From assembly GCA_965153455.1 (NCBI GenBank), contig OZ234493.1, positions 6,500,213-6,564,212 of the forward strand: a stretch of DNA of 64,000 nucleotides. Reading direction: 5' to 3'. The notes beneath the pieces were generated by a model, which saw nothing but the letters and a program-made list of their open reading frames with translations, did no database searches and was not told the DNA's origin. Of this stretch, positions 26,964-38,602 are shown piece by piece. Position numbers and translations under genes: made by a program. Position 1 is the stretch's first letter; the number at the start of each line of letters is the position of its first letter. The stretch is from Sphagnum compactum. Lineage: Eukaryota.

Positions 26964-27490
26964 TTTTGCAGCTGTGTGCCAATCCCACATATTAGGATGG
27001 CTAGCCACAAAGCAACGAAGACCATAGGTTCCCTTTGTCCATTGCAACAGCATAAGGGGTTCTTCCCCCTCTTTCTCGTATGCAAGGATCTGCTCCTTTC
27101 TCTAAGAGTTCCAACACTTTGTCATTGTTTCCATCCCTCGCTGCCACATGCAGAGGAGTCATATATGTTACAGGATCTTCATCTGCTGCTGGAGGTACAG
27201 ATGTCATTGCTACAGCAGAAGCTGACAATGTAACATCAATTGAGCTTCCCTTTTGGTGATTTCACTTTTATACTTTTACCAGTCTTCTCACTTTCCAGCA
27301 ACACATTGGACTCATTGCTTGGAACTCTGATCCCAACAGCTGCAGCACCATCAATGTTCACAGATGCTTCAGTTCCCAGGGCAGCACTGCTCTCGTTTAC
27401 ATAGTGTATGGTACCAAGCAAGTGACATATTTGTTTTGCTTCCTTCAATGTTGGTCTCTTGGTGGTGAAAGGAATGCATTGACCAACCAC
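26964..27490 (-). pseudogene. ANKZF1: ANKZF1/Vms1 (ankyrin and zinc-finger peptidyl-tRNA release factor) fragment
   Basis: CIPFTTKRPTLKEAK (end of the VLRF1 domain), ankyrin TPLHVAARDGNNDKVLELLEKGADPCI...GRTPY, then RCFVASHPNMWDWHTA. Two frameshifts, near 27245 and 27030. Confidence 0.8.
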
Positions 27491-30243
27491 CATAACACCC
27501 CCAACAAATTCATTAGCTCCCAACAACAGGTGCAAGGTAATGTCAAAATTAACCCAAGGCATTGACTGAGTTTCTGTCACAAGACCACTGGGAATGGGAA
27601 AACTCAGTGATGATGATGCCTTGCTCAACCAAATCAACAGAAAATAAACTGAACCTGAAGAAAAAAGAGACACTTCAATAACATTATCTGCCTAGATTTG
27701 TGGTATTGCCAGGGTGAGCAACACTCTATGACTAGTACTTATGGTTTTTTTGGGGGTGTTTGGAATCGTCAGATGCAACAGCAGGTTGATGTCATGTCAA
27801 TCCAGCAGGCTGGTATGTCACTTCAGCAAGTGGGGATTTTGCAGGTGGAATGACAAGTACCCATGCTGATGCAGATTCAACAGCAATTCACTGTCCCCGA
27901 AGCATTGGTCAAGTGCCTCAGCAGGTTCCACAGCAACTGCAACAGTAATAACCCACAGAACTACTGGGCTTCACAACCTGAAAACCGTAGGAATGTGTTT
28001 CTCCCTTACATTTTTTTAGTTTGAGTCTTGACATTTATTGTCAAAGGAGCGAAGAAGATGACAGGTCACTCTTGAGTGCAAGTTGACTGGCAAACCAGGA
28101 GGCAGCTTCTTTCTGGATATGTCTCAAATTTCTTGGATAGAATTCTGGGTGCAAGAAGGGAATTGACTGTTCTGTCATTTGGGGGTGAAGAAACTATCAT
28201 TTTGGTTTATTAGTGCGTGAGGCATGGGAGAAGCGCAGGAAGGAAAAAGTCCAAGAAAAACCCTTTGTTTGTTAACTGCCTTCCTTCTGTCTCTTTTGAG
28301 GAAAGAGTCCGGCAGTGATAATAGTAAAAATTGTCATTTTATGAAGTTTGTTGTTGAAGTGAATAAGCTTGTGATATGATACACTTCAATTTGTTGACTT
28401 TCCACAAAGCTAGTCACCACCCCAACTGTCACTAATTGGATTTAGAAATGGAGAGGTGTTTGAGTGAAGGAGCCAAAAGGGGATACTGTGGTGAGCCAGC
28501 TAAACCACTTGGGATTGTAGCATAATAAGCACAAAGCTGAAATGAACATGAATAAAATCATTATTTTTTTGCCTGGGTTCTTCAAGAATTCATTGACCAG
28601 AAACTCATGCATCTGAGCTTCAACTCAAGGTCAAGCACTTTGAACACAATTAAGTAGTTATGTTTGTAATTGTATGTTGATAGCAATATACAGAATGCTT
28701 GCAAATTGAATATTACTGTATGCAAAGCAGCAGGTGCATAGAATAGATGTTTGCAAGTCGATTGTATGTTCAGTGTGCAGATCATGCACTATAAGAGAAT
28801 TTGGCATTTTGATTGTATGTTCAAAACCAGGTGCATAGTATCTAAGATATTTGCAAGTTGATTTGTAAGTTCAAAGCAGCTTCCAAACTGTAGAGATGTT
28901 CTATTACTACTTGGTCCTTGGTAAATATTAAGCTGGTCCTTTTTCTTCAAGGAAAACTATCTTTGTTTGATCCTGTGCAAAAATATCCATGAAGGAATTG
29001 CAGTGGTGGTTTTGATGGTAAAGCTGACTAGTTTCCCCATCAAACAAGCGGCAAGCTTGTTGCTGTTGTTGATTGCTTGATTGATAACCAAATCCAGGCA
29101 ATTCTTCTGGGGTGTTGTTGTAACCGTTTGTGCAGGGGGAAGGTAAGCAGTGGTGTGGGTGCACGGCAGCAGGAGGGGAAGGTCTACCTGCCAGGACGGG
29201 AAGTGACCTCCCCTCCTGCATCATCACGCTCCCCTCGCAGGCACTGCCCTTGTCACAAGAGGGCGCGGAGCGCATGGTCATCATCTACTGCCCACACCTC
29301 TGTACTATACTCTCTTTCTGTCACACCTACCACAATTCCCACAATCTCCTCACCTGCAGCGGTCTCTTTACATTGAAGAGTTTTCTTTTTGTTTTTTGTT
29401 TTTCTCCCGCAGATCAAAACACATGGCCCAATTAGAGAGGTAGACTCCGTGTCCATTTGCAAGATCGATTTGTCCTTCCAGGAAGTCCATCCTCAGACCT
29501 GTAGAGCTTTTCTGGCTTCATCGTAGCCTCTGGTTGTTGGCAATAGGGCTGAGGTCTACGGTGTACCAAAAGCCCCTTTCTGAAATCAGACAACATGTAG
29601 GTGTGCATATCCATCTTGCGGGGATTTGTCTTTCATTTCCCGGACTCCATCCTGAGCATTCTAGCAACCTTGTGTAGCTACCCACGTCCACCTTTATACG
29701 TGATCAGGCACACCTGCTGTTGTTCTGGATGCCAGCTTTTTGGCAATGCCTGACTAAGAAATCCTACTTATTAGAGAGTGGAACAGGTCTTCTTGAAGTC
29801 GTGCGAGGCTAATAGCAGATCTTTTCTTTGGAACCTATCGAACTACGATCGCAGCTTTTTGACTTGCTTACAGCGACAGAAAAATGTTTACTTGCATTCG
29901 GATCTCTAAAATGTCTAGTGTAAAGAATGCATCCTTGAGGAAAAAATATGCAATAGGAATATTGTGGAAATCCTGGACGCTCTCCACCACGCAGCTAGAA
30001 GAGATCCTAAGTTTCACAGATTGAAACCAAACTTGAGTATTACATTTTCCTGGCGCGGACTTGTTTTTTCTAATGCTACAGTGTTCTTGATAGAGTTGCA
30101 GGAAGAGAAGGAAATGCTCCAGGAATAACTTCAGACCTAGCCTTGTGGCCGTTACGCTCTCCACCAAGCTGAGACACTAGAGCCTGAGCTCTACATTCTC
30201 ACCCATCATCGATCAATTCATTGCTGCGGCAAACTAGCTAGAG

Positions 30244-31029
30244 ATGTCCATAATAAGTAGCTGCAGAACTGTTAGTAGCAGCCGCCGCGAGTCCAGATCA
30301 ACTGCTACACTCAAGAAAACAGATTCCGACTCGGAGGAAGACGAGGCTGACTGCAAGGAGTACTCTCGATCAGCTGTTGCTCCAGGCGGCACTACTGACA
30401 GCTTCAACTCACAATCATCATCATCATCCTACCGCGGCTCCAGCAATTCTCTCAGCCCCGCTGCATCTGATGATCACTCGAGGCTGCTACTAGACGTCGA
30501 CTTGGAAGACAATTACGCTGACTCCCTGATCTACCAGGAACAAAACGAGAGCCTTCTCCGTGCCTTCTACAATGCGCTTGCAGCCGGGAACGTGGTACTG
30601 GTCAAGGCGTTACTAGCTCCGGATCTGGAGCTGTGGTTTCACGGACCACGCTGCCACCAGTACATGAGCAAGCTACTCACGGGTAGCACATCGTTTCGGT
30701 CCGTGTCGCTCATTCCCGCTAGCATCCACGCCAACCGCGACCGTGTGTTCGTGGAGGGTCAAGGCCCCGCGCCGTCGAGAGCAGCAGCATCAGGAGTCTC
30801 GTGGGCACACATTTGGACTGTGGAACAAGGCCGTTTAGTGGCATTGCGCGAGTACTGGGCCACGGCAGTACTGGTGAGCAGATCATCAAGCTTGCAGCGT
30901 CAATTCACAGCCGACTATTGCAAACCTGCACAATCGAGACAAGTTCTTCCGCCATCGCAGTTGGTCTGGCAAAGCAAGCTGTGGGAAACCAAACATCCCT
31001 GCACGCCTGCTCTCATAGTTCTTATATGA
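30244..31029 (+). CDS. Wound-induced protein WI12/Wun1/SAG20 family (SnoaL/NTF2-like fold), intronless, 261 aa
   Basis: Uninterrupted ORF with the family motifs FYNALAAGNV..V..LLAPDLELWFHGP..HQYM..LLTG, VFVEG, WAHIWTV.....LREY and C-terminal VWQS...PALIVL, plus a Ser-rich N-terminal extension. Confidence 0.9.
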   Translation: MSIISSCRTVSSSRRESRSTATLKKTDSDSEEDEADCKEYSRSAVAPGGTTDSFNSQSSSSSYRGSSNSLSPAASDDHSRLLLDVDLEDNYADSLIYQEQNESLLRAFYNALAAGNVVLVKALLAPDLELWFHGPRCHQYMSKLLTGSTSFRSVSLIPASIHANRDRVFVEGQGPAPSRAAASGVSWAHIWTVEQGRLVALREYWATAVLVSRSSSLQRQFTADYCKPAQSRQVLPPSQLVWQSKLWETKHPCTPALIVLI

Positions 31030-31051
31030 ATCACGACTCCAGTGCGGCGGT

Positions 31052-31532
31052 ATCTCTTTCTTAAATCCGCGTTGCTACGTATATATTTTGCGTCATCGCT
31101 TCTCTTCCTCAAATCTGCAATATTGCTCTGTTTTGCATCGCGTAGACTTAATGCTTCTACCATTCGTGATCTCGTGTTTCTCTTTCTCAAACCCTATTGC
31201 TACATCTCAGACTTCTTCTACGATTCATGATTCCGTGTTTCAGAATCTCCTTTGAAAATCCGATTGCTGCATTCTTATATCATCTCATAGTAATTATAGA
31301 TTCATGATCCATCGTTTCTCTTCCTCAAATCCGCATTGCTACATTTCAGATCTCACACTTGCTTATATACGATTCTGGATTCCGTTTCTCTCTTTCTCAA
31401 GTCCCGATTTCTACATTCTTACATCATCTCAGAGGGCTTCCATACTTCAGGATTCATCATTTCTCGTCCTCAATTCCGCATTGCTACATTTCAGATCTCA
31501 CAGAATTGCTTACACGATTCATGATTCCGGCT
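31052..31532. repeat. Degenerate tandem array of ~7 units (mostly ~70 bp) immediately 3' of the WI12 stop
   Basis: The motif tctcttYctcaaatccgcattgctacat...gattcatgattcc recurs at ~31052, 31101, 31178, 31246, 31316, 31390 and 31461. Confidence 0.8.
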
Positions 31533-34500
31533 TCGAGAGAACAAAACTTTCCTGAGACAAACGGCCACACACAGATCATGTTTTCAGTTCATACTACAGA
31601 CATAGCAGTAGTTTACATATGACAGATTCCCTGGGCCCTTCTCATCTCTAATCCAGTCTGTCTTCTCAAGAGTCTCGACATCACATTAAGCATATGATCC
31701 AGACTTGAGATCAGTGTGCTACTGGATTGTTCAAAGAGGAGAATTGTATGAGGAAAACTAGGGTAAGTTGACATCAATGATGATCACCAAGGAGCATCCC
31801 ATACTACCCCATAGCTTTGTTTCAGAAAAACCTCAAAGCCCTCTGTGATGCATGGGTGGCTGGGTCTGTAGTCTCTGCATACCATCACGTACAGATCAGA
31901 CCAATGCCGCAAGGCAAGCAGATTTGTAATCTTTGGGTGTAATTCATAATGAATGTCAAGTTTACATACGTTTCCTCAACCTCAACCGACAGAACAACCC
32001 TAGCTGCAATCCAACATTAGCAACAAACATCAAGGTCCTTAGCTAAAAGAATGGGGAAGATATGGAGTGTTTGGTGTAAGGGGGTTCAGTGTTCGACGAT
32101 CGGTGAATTAAAACAGATTAGGATTTCAAGCTTAAAAGCTTTGATCTTTGCCTTCGGAATACACAGGAATTTTGTAAAGCCCTAGGTGGGGCACCCATCA
32201 GGTTTTAAGTCACTCAAAATGGACTAAAACTGAGGCAGACATGGGCTGGAACTAGAGAGGCGTCTATGGCTGTATTTTCGAAAAAATTGAAGCAAACTAT
32301 CACTCATTCTCTTCCTCTTGTGTTTTGGTGTGTTGCTCCTTTACTTCTGCGCTCCAAGAATATTTGTAGCCCTTCAGTTTGGAAGTCTAATGACATGAGA
32401 ATTGTTCAATTTGGTTAAAGAAGGAAAATATTGGAAACTGTTCCATGATAGGTACGTGTTTGGTGATGAGCTGTTCTACCTTATATGTAGAGAAACCCGC
32501 AAGAGCTTTCTCAACTGCACATGTGTACAATGACACCCATTGGTATGAAGACTACCTTCAGAAATGGTGAAACCATGTGACAAAAAATCTAATGCTAGTA
32601 ATTTCATTACACCCTTGGTAACCCTAGTGTTATGTCATTACAAGAGAGTGTGATTTTTCTCACGCAAAGGGAGGTCCTCATGACACATGTGTATGAAGTA
32701 AACTTTGTGATTTCATCCATTACAATGTACAAAATCTGGTGTTTATTGTGGCACATATATTTCATTAAAATTATTATTCAACATTAAGTTATAACACATA
32801 TTACACATTTTAGTGTGTGTAGAGTAAAGCATTATGTACAATGAGGGCATTCCCAAATAGGGGGCTTAAGACGAGGTGGTATACAAGTTTTTGGCCTTGC
32901 ATTTTGGTAATGCCTTCATATGTGGGCTTTACTCACTCTAAAGCTCAAAGTGAATGTTATCACATCAACTTAAATATACATAAATCATCATAGAGCAGGA
33001 GGGTTCTTACACCTAGTACTTGAGAGTGGAAGAGATCTAGGCATATTAATTTTCATCCCACTCTTTTGGAGTAGATGTAAGATCACTATTCTGTTCTTGG
33101 AGGGACATTAATGGATATAAGGTGTACCCCTTAAATACACTACGAAATTTTTCCAAGTGCTTTATCGTTTGTGGGTAAGACCAAAACCTGGATTTCAAAA
33201 TTGCTAGACTAGTTTGGAGACTTTGTCCGATCCTCAAACAATCAACTTCTTAAGAAAAAGCTTTAGAGCAATACATTCATATAGTTCCATATTGATCTCA
33301 TTATGATACATCACCCTAATCATATTTGTCATTTCTAATCCTAGGGTTTTGGCTTGCTATATATGATCCAAAGATTATTAGAAGGAGAAGCATATTGTGT
33401 CATTTATAATGATTTGAACATGCATTGAAATGTGATAATTAGCTTCATGATTAAAAGCAAAGAGATGCATGCCAAAATTGATAACATTTAAATTATGAGA
33501 AGCAAGAGTACCTGGAGGAGCTGCTCTTCATCTAAAAACCTTAACAAATTATGTGTACATTCCAGTAGTAAAAACCTCACACACTTTAAGGTTCACCTTG
33601 AGGTCAAGGTATTTCTATAATTAATAACATCTTTCTTTTGAATGTTTGATCACTTTTGGGGTGTGAGGGTGTTAAAGTGCAATCATCAGTACTCAAACCC
33701 CAATTCATAACAAAGTTATGTTCAAATTGGGATGAATTTGCTTCTCAACAACTATTTTTTTCACTTGTAACTTGGAATAGTCCAAGGTGCTTATTTAAAA
33801 CACTATCAAAGTTCAAAAGGTAACAAAGCTAATAACTTTCTTTCGACACCAATTTTGCACCAATTTTGTAGCAGAAATGATAAAAGGAAGATGTAAAGAA
33901 AACTTGAAACTTATATCTATCTTGGGTTTGAGGCTAAAAAATAACACATTTGTGAAGGGGGACAGTGTGGTGATGGATCATGGTTCGAGACTTCTATTCG
34001 AGTTGAGTGATAATATACTTTTTCCATTAAAGGCCCTTCAAAAGGTAGGTATTTAGTATCAAACATCAAAACTTGTACTTTAGACAGGCTTTGATTATTA
34101 TTATTTTATAATAGATAGTCAAATTGTGAGTAATTGATATTGATTACAACCCCTCATTACTTCCTTGTGAGCTTGTGTCAAGGTTGGGGCATGACAAAAG
34201 AAATGGATGAAAAATGAGGTCAATATTTCCCTTGCCTCAAACACACTACTATATTGAGTGTGATGAAGTGCAAGGGAACAAATTTCAATATTTCAAGGTG
34301 TTTGAAATCTTTGGATCAAGGTTAAGTGAGCGAACCTTGTCCAAATCGTGCCCTTTTAAAATCATTAGAAAAAAATATTTAAAATTATTATACTAAACTG
34401 AAGTTGCAATCCTAAAACAAAAACCTAAACTTAATCATTTGACAAAAAATCAAATAAGCTTTAATTCAACATTTAGTTATGTTTTTGTAAAACTTTTTTC

Positions 34501-37030
34501 AAAGATTACAGCTTTATCTTTGATAGCTCTCAAATGAAAGTTAAACTAAGAAAACTATGAATCTCCAAAGTAATAAAACTCATAATGCATTTGATAGAAT
34601 GTTATCATTTATCTCATTCAATGTTTTAAAAAAAATTGAACATATAATTTGTGAATGTAATACCACTTCATGAAACTGGTTTATAAAAACAATTCAACAC
34701 ACCAAGAGAATGCTTGAATTTAGAAAGAAAGAAAAAATAGAACCAACCTCTTGTGATGTAGATGGTGGAGGTTCCTTGGGGATTTGCTTGGTTCTTCTAG
34801 TGTCAGCCTGTTCTTATTTTTAAGAGAACTTTTGGTCCCATTTCCAACCTTTTGTAAAATTTGAAAGAACCCTTGGTTCTGGTTCAATAATTTTTTTTGA
34901 ATTTTTTTATAGAACCTCCAGTTAGACCTAGTTTTTCACATTTCAAAACCCTCAATTCCCAATTCTTTTAAAACAATTCCTATATGGGTTTGGTTCAAAA
35001 CCAAATTTAGTTCTACTTATTTATGGATATCCCAAAACTGCATATTTCCTAGTTACTTAACAATGTACCACCAACAAAATGTCAACACCTATATCAACTA
35101 CTTGATTTAACCCAAAAACAATAATGTTTTTTAAAAATTGCATAATTGAAACATGTTCCAAAAGTAAGAATTACATGCGTAGTAATGCCAGCCCAGCCCA
35201 GCCCAGCCCAACCCCAAATTATGATTCATAAAAATGTTGTTATTATTCAAAGCCTTGAATTGTTTTTCAAACTAACAACATGTCTAGACCCAGACATGAA
35301 AAAAAAAACTTTAAAAATTAGATTTGAAAATAATAAAGAACTAGAACCAGGGTTTTTTTTAAAAAAAAACAATTTGCTAGATTAGGTGCACCGGCCAGGA
35401 TCCCCAGTACTAATTAGCATCAAATGGTGACTGTCCTAAGTGGGCTGTAGCACTTTTACAAAAGTGCTGCTATAAGTGGTGACCTAGAAAGTGCCTAGGT
35501 CTAGATGTGGTTAATTTAATTATTTTTATTTCGAAAAATGGTCAAAATAATTCCTAATAATACTATTATTATTATTTTCATTTTCTGAAAAAAATCTGGC
35601 CAAGATGCAAAATTTCACCACCCAAAAAAAACCCCTATATAAAGTGGGTTTTGGGGCTGGTTCTGGTTTTACCTTGAGGCTTGTTCCCAGTTCCAATCCG
35701 GTTCTTGGCTGGTTCCCGGTTCTGATGCTGAAACTTTTTGTTCAAAAGTTAGACCTAGTGGTCCAGGTACCTGCTAACCAGACTGAGAACTGAAACGGGC
35801 CAAAAACCAGAGCTGCCAATACCAGTCTCTTGTTTCTTCTTCCTGAAAAATGCTAGTAAGGCTTACTTTCTAAAAGGTTGACATTTTACCGAGTTATCAT
35901 AATGAAGTAACATCATGGGTGACATAAGGCTAATGAACATGACTTAATCAAAATGAAAATTGGATGTGTGCAACCATTTTTTAAAGTGATCATGAATCCA
36001 AAACCATCAAGCATGCTATGAATTTGATGGCTCCAAAATATCACAAATTTTGACACTAAACTTTGTGACACAAGTGTGATTGAAAACCGTTTCCCATGGT
36101 GGTATTCAGAGCATGAGCAGAAGTGCTCAGTGTGTGACCCTGCAAAAATATTTTTCACATCCAAGTTTCGTTATTTGCTTTTCTGCAACCACACCCCTAA
36201 AACTGAAACTTGGACAGCAAAAAAGTGGGGGACTACTACTACCAAACCTGGGTCAATCAGAAACACTGAGCAGAAATTATGAGCCCCTTTTCATCTTACT
36301 TATTAGAAAAAGGACCCAAGTACAAACCCCAAGAAATAATTATGAACAAATAAGAAGATGCTACAGTATATTACTTATAATATACTCATTTTACATGTGG
36401 ATATTAATTCAAATACTTCAAAAAGATTAAAAAACAAAACTAAAGGATAAATGGACAAACCAAACTACATGTCATTGTGTAGTTCTCCCCTTAAGGGCAA
36501 AACCAACAAACTACCTTCCTTTAAGAGACAAACTAATGTAGCCTTTATTGTTGGCCCAAGTGTCAACTATCTACCATCTAATTTCTGCTTCCAAAATGAG
36601 TTTTTTTTAATTAGTTGAATTTTCAATGACAAAAATTCAATATCTCTCACATCTTATGTCTAAAAATTATGAAACCACCTTCATAAAATCATACTCATTT
36701 GAGGGCTTTCCAACAATATATGATATTGGGCTTCCCCAATTTCCCCAAAAAAATTTATTTTTGAATTTTCAATGACAAAATTCTTCAATATTTAATAACT
36801 CTCACCATAAATCTAAACATTGCAAAACCACCTCAATGCAATCCTCCTCATTGAGGGCTTTTCAACTGTACTAAGAGCACAGTGCAAAGTACTATGGTTT
36901 GGGAGATCTCAGAGTGACAAACAAAGAAACAAAACAAACTCCCTTTAATCTAGACAGATTCTACAGTTGGACATATAACATGCAACTTTGGTCACATAAT
37001 TGGTCAGTGCTGTACCACAAGAACACATCA

Positions 37031-37241
37031 AAACAGAACATCATGTGAAGAACATGAATCAACAGAACACCATGTGCTACATGAGCCAACAGAACATGTG
37101 CAGGACATGAAGTTCCATGTAATGCAAGTGACCAGAACTCCATGTGTGGGTCACCACGTAGGTGAGTGTTAGACCTGAGTGTTATGTGAGTGTTATCAGA
37201 AGCACATTCCAAAACAGAACATGTGCACAGGACATGAATCA
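37031..37241. repeat. Short degenerate repeat (~25-29 bp, 4 copies)
   Basis: aacagaaca(..)atgtg...acatga occurs three times in tandem at ~37031-37110 and again at ~37212. Confidence 0.7.
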
Positions 37242-37539
37242 TGCAGTGCAACTGAGCAGTCTACTAACCAGTCGCTGTAGGGTGCAAATAATCAGGCTGG
37301 ACCCCAGTGGCTAGTGAATGCAGCTCATGGGGCGGTTACTCCAGGAATGATCGAAGTTCAAAGTTGTGACCACGTCCTTGCAGCTTACGATATAGTACAC
37401 CCTGTTGCAAACCATTAGAATAAAGGAAAATTAGGTTTCTACAGGCCAGTCCCCTGCAAGAAGCTGTGCAGAACTCCCTAATGAACCCAGGCTGGAGCAT
37501 CATTAATCGAAATGGATAAATAAGTACCCGCAGCTGTTT

Positions 37540-38025
37540 ATAATGGGGGTTTTCGCCCAGGCCAAAAATGGTGACGAACAGTTTTGAAAATAGAACTTTC
37601 ATGCAGCCAATGGGTAGGCTCAGCATGCACTCAAAGTGCCTTGATTTTTTTTCTTTTAAGTATTGGGTGGGAGTGGGGGAAGGGTGGGGAGGATTTTTCT
37701 CATTTTTCCTTTGTTCCTAACATGTTCTCATCAAGTTCCCAATGGGTTCCCTATGTTCCCAATGTGTTCCCAAAAGGTGTTCTCAATAGCACCTCTCTTA
37801 ATCCCATATGTTTTGCCCAAAAGTCCTCTCCTTCTCACCTACATATAGGTGGGCCAAAGGGGCAAGGCACTCCATAATTCCATAGAATCTTCTATTTTGG
37901 GGAGCCTCCATAGTTTCACCTTTTTTTTTTTGTTGTGGCCAATCAAATTGGCTCATTGCTAAAAAAAAAAGTTGGACTTGTGAGGCACCCCCAACTAATT
38001 AATATGAAACAGAATAAGCATCCCA
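37540..38025. repeat. Interspersed repeat sharing a segment with the interior of the Helitron at 21415-22135
   Basis: catgca...aggctc.g.atgca.tca...T-tract...G-rich tract at ~37600-37710 resembles ~21650-21745. Boundaries are approximate. Confidence 0.45.
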
Positions 38026-38602
38026 GTCCCTGCCATTAGCACAGGTCAAAGATGGACACAACTAGTGTGAAGAATAGAAATTTCTAGGAGCCAATGAGAC
38101 TGGTGAAGTGAACATGGTAATATACTAACTTATATTACCATAAAGTAATCAGAATGAATATAATGGCAGCAGGCGCAAAAACAAAAAATTGCTTCAACAG
38201 AATCGATCTACTACTGCTGCTAATAGTCTGTAACAACTGGAATATTTGTTGCAAAATTGAGAGTTGCAAGCTACTACAAATCTAGAGACGTTTTCCATAT
38301 TATTGCATTGATCGTGACATAAGACCTCTCGATCTCGGCTGATATATTATTATTCCTTTTGAAACCAGCTCGCATCGCCGCTACATATAACATATATGCA
38401 GGTGCTAGAATGCTTGTCGGACACGACTTCTAAATTCTCTCTCATCATGTGTCTCTCAATTTCTCAAGTCAGCAAAAAAGGATTACGCTGGTCTCGAGCT
38501 ATGCAGCTGCACCCAATGATCATGCAAAGCCTGGAAAAAAAATTATTCTAGACGAAGGTGTAAAGTTGGAAAAAGATATGCATGCGTTTATAATATTCCT
38601 CG

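Noticed and set aside
2442..27490. Functional ubiquitin-proteasome gene cluster (MINDY, PA200, ANKZF1)
   Set aside because: Two of the three are broken fragments more than 20 kb from MINDY; the shared theme is probably coincidence.
29250..29760. Possible NAC-domain relic (WTWVATQG, MDMHTYML)
   Set aside because: Only two vague motif echoes; too weak without a profile search.
31052..31532. CRISPR-like array
   Set aside because: Eukaryotic context, degenerate repeats, no unique spacers and no cas genes.
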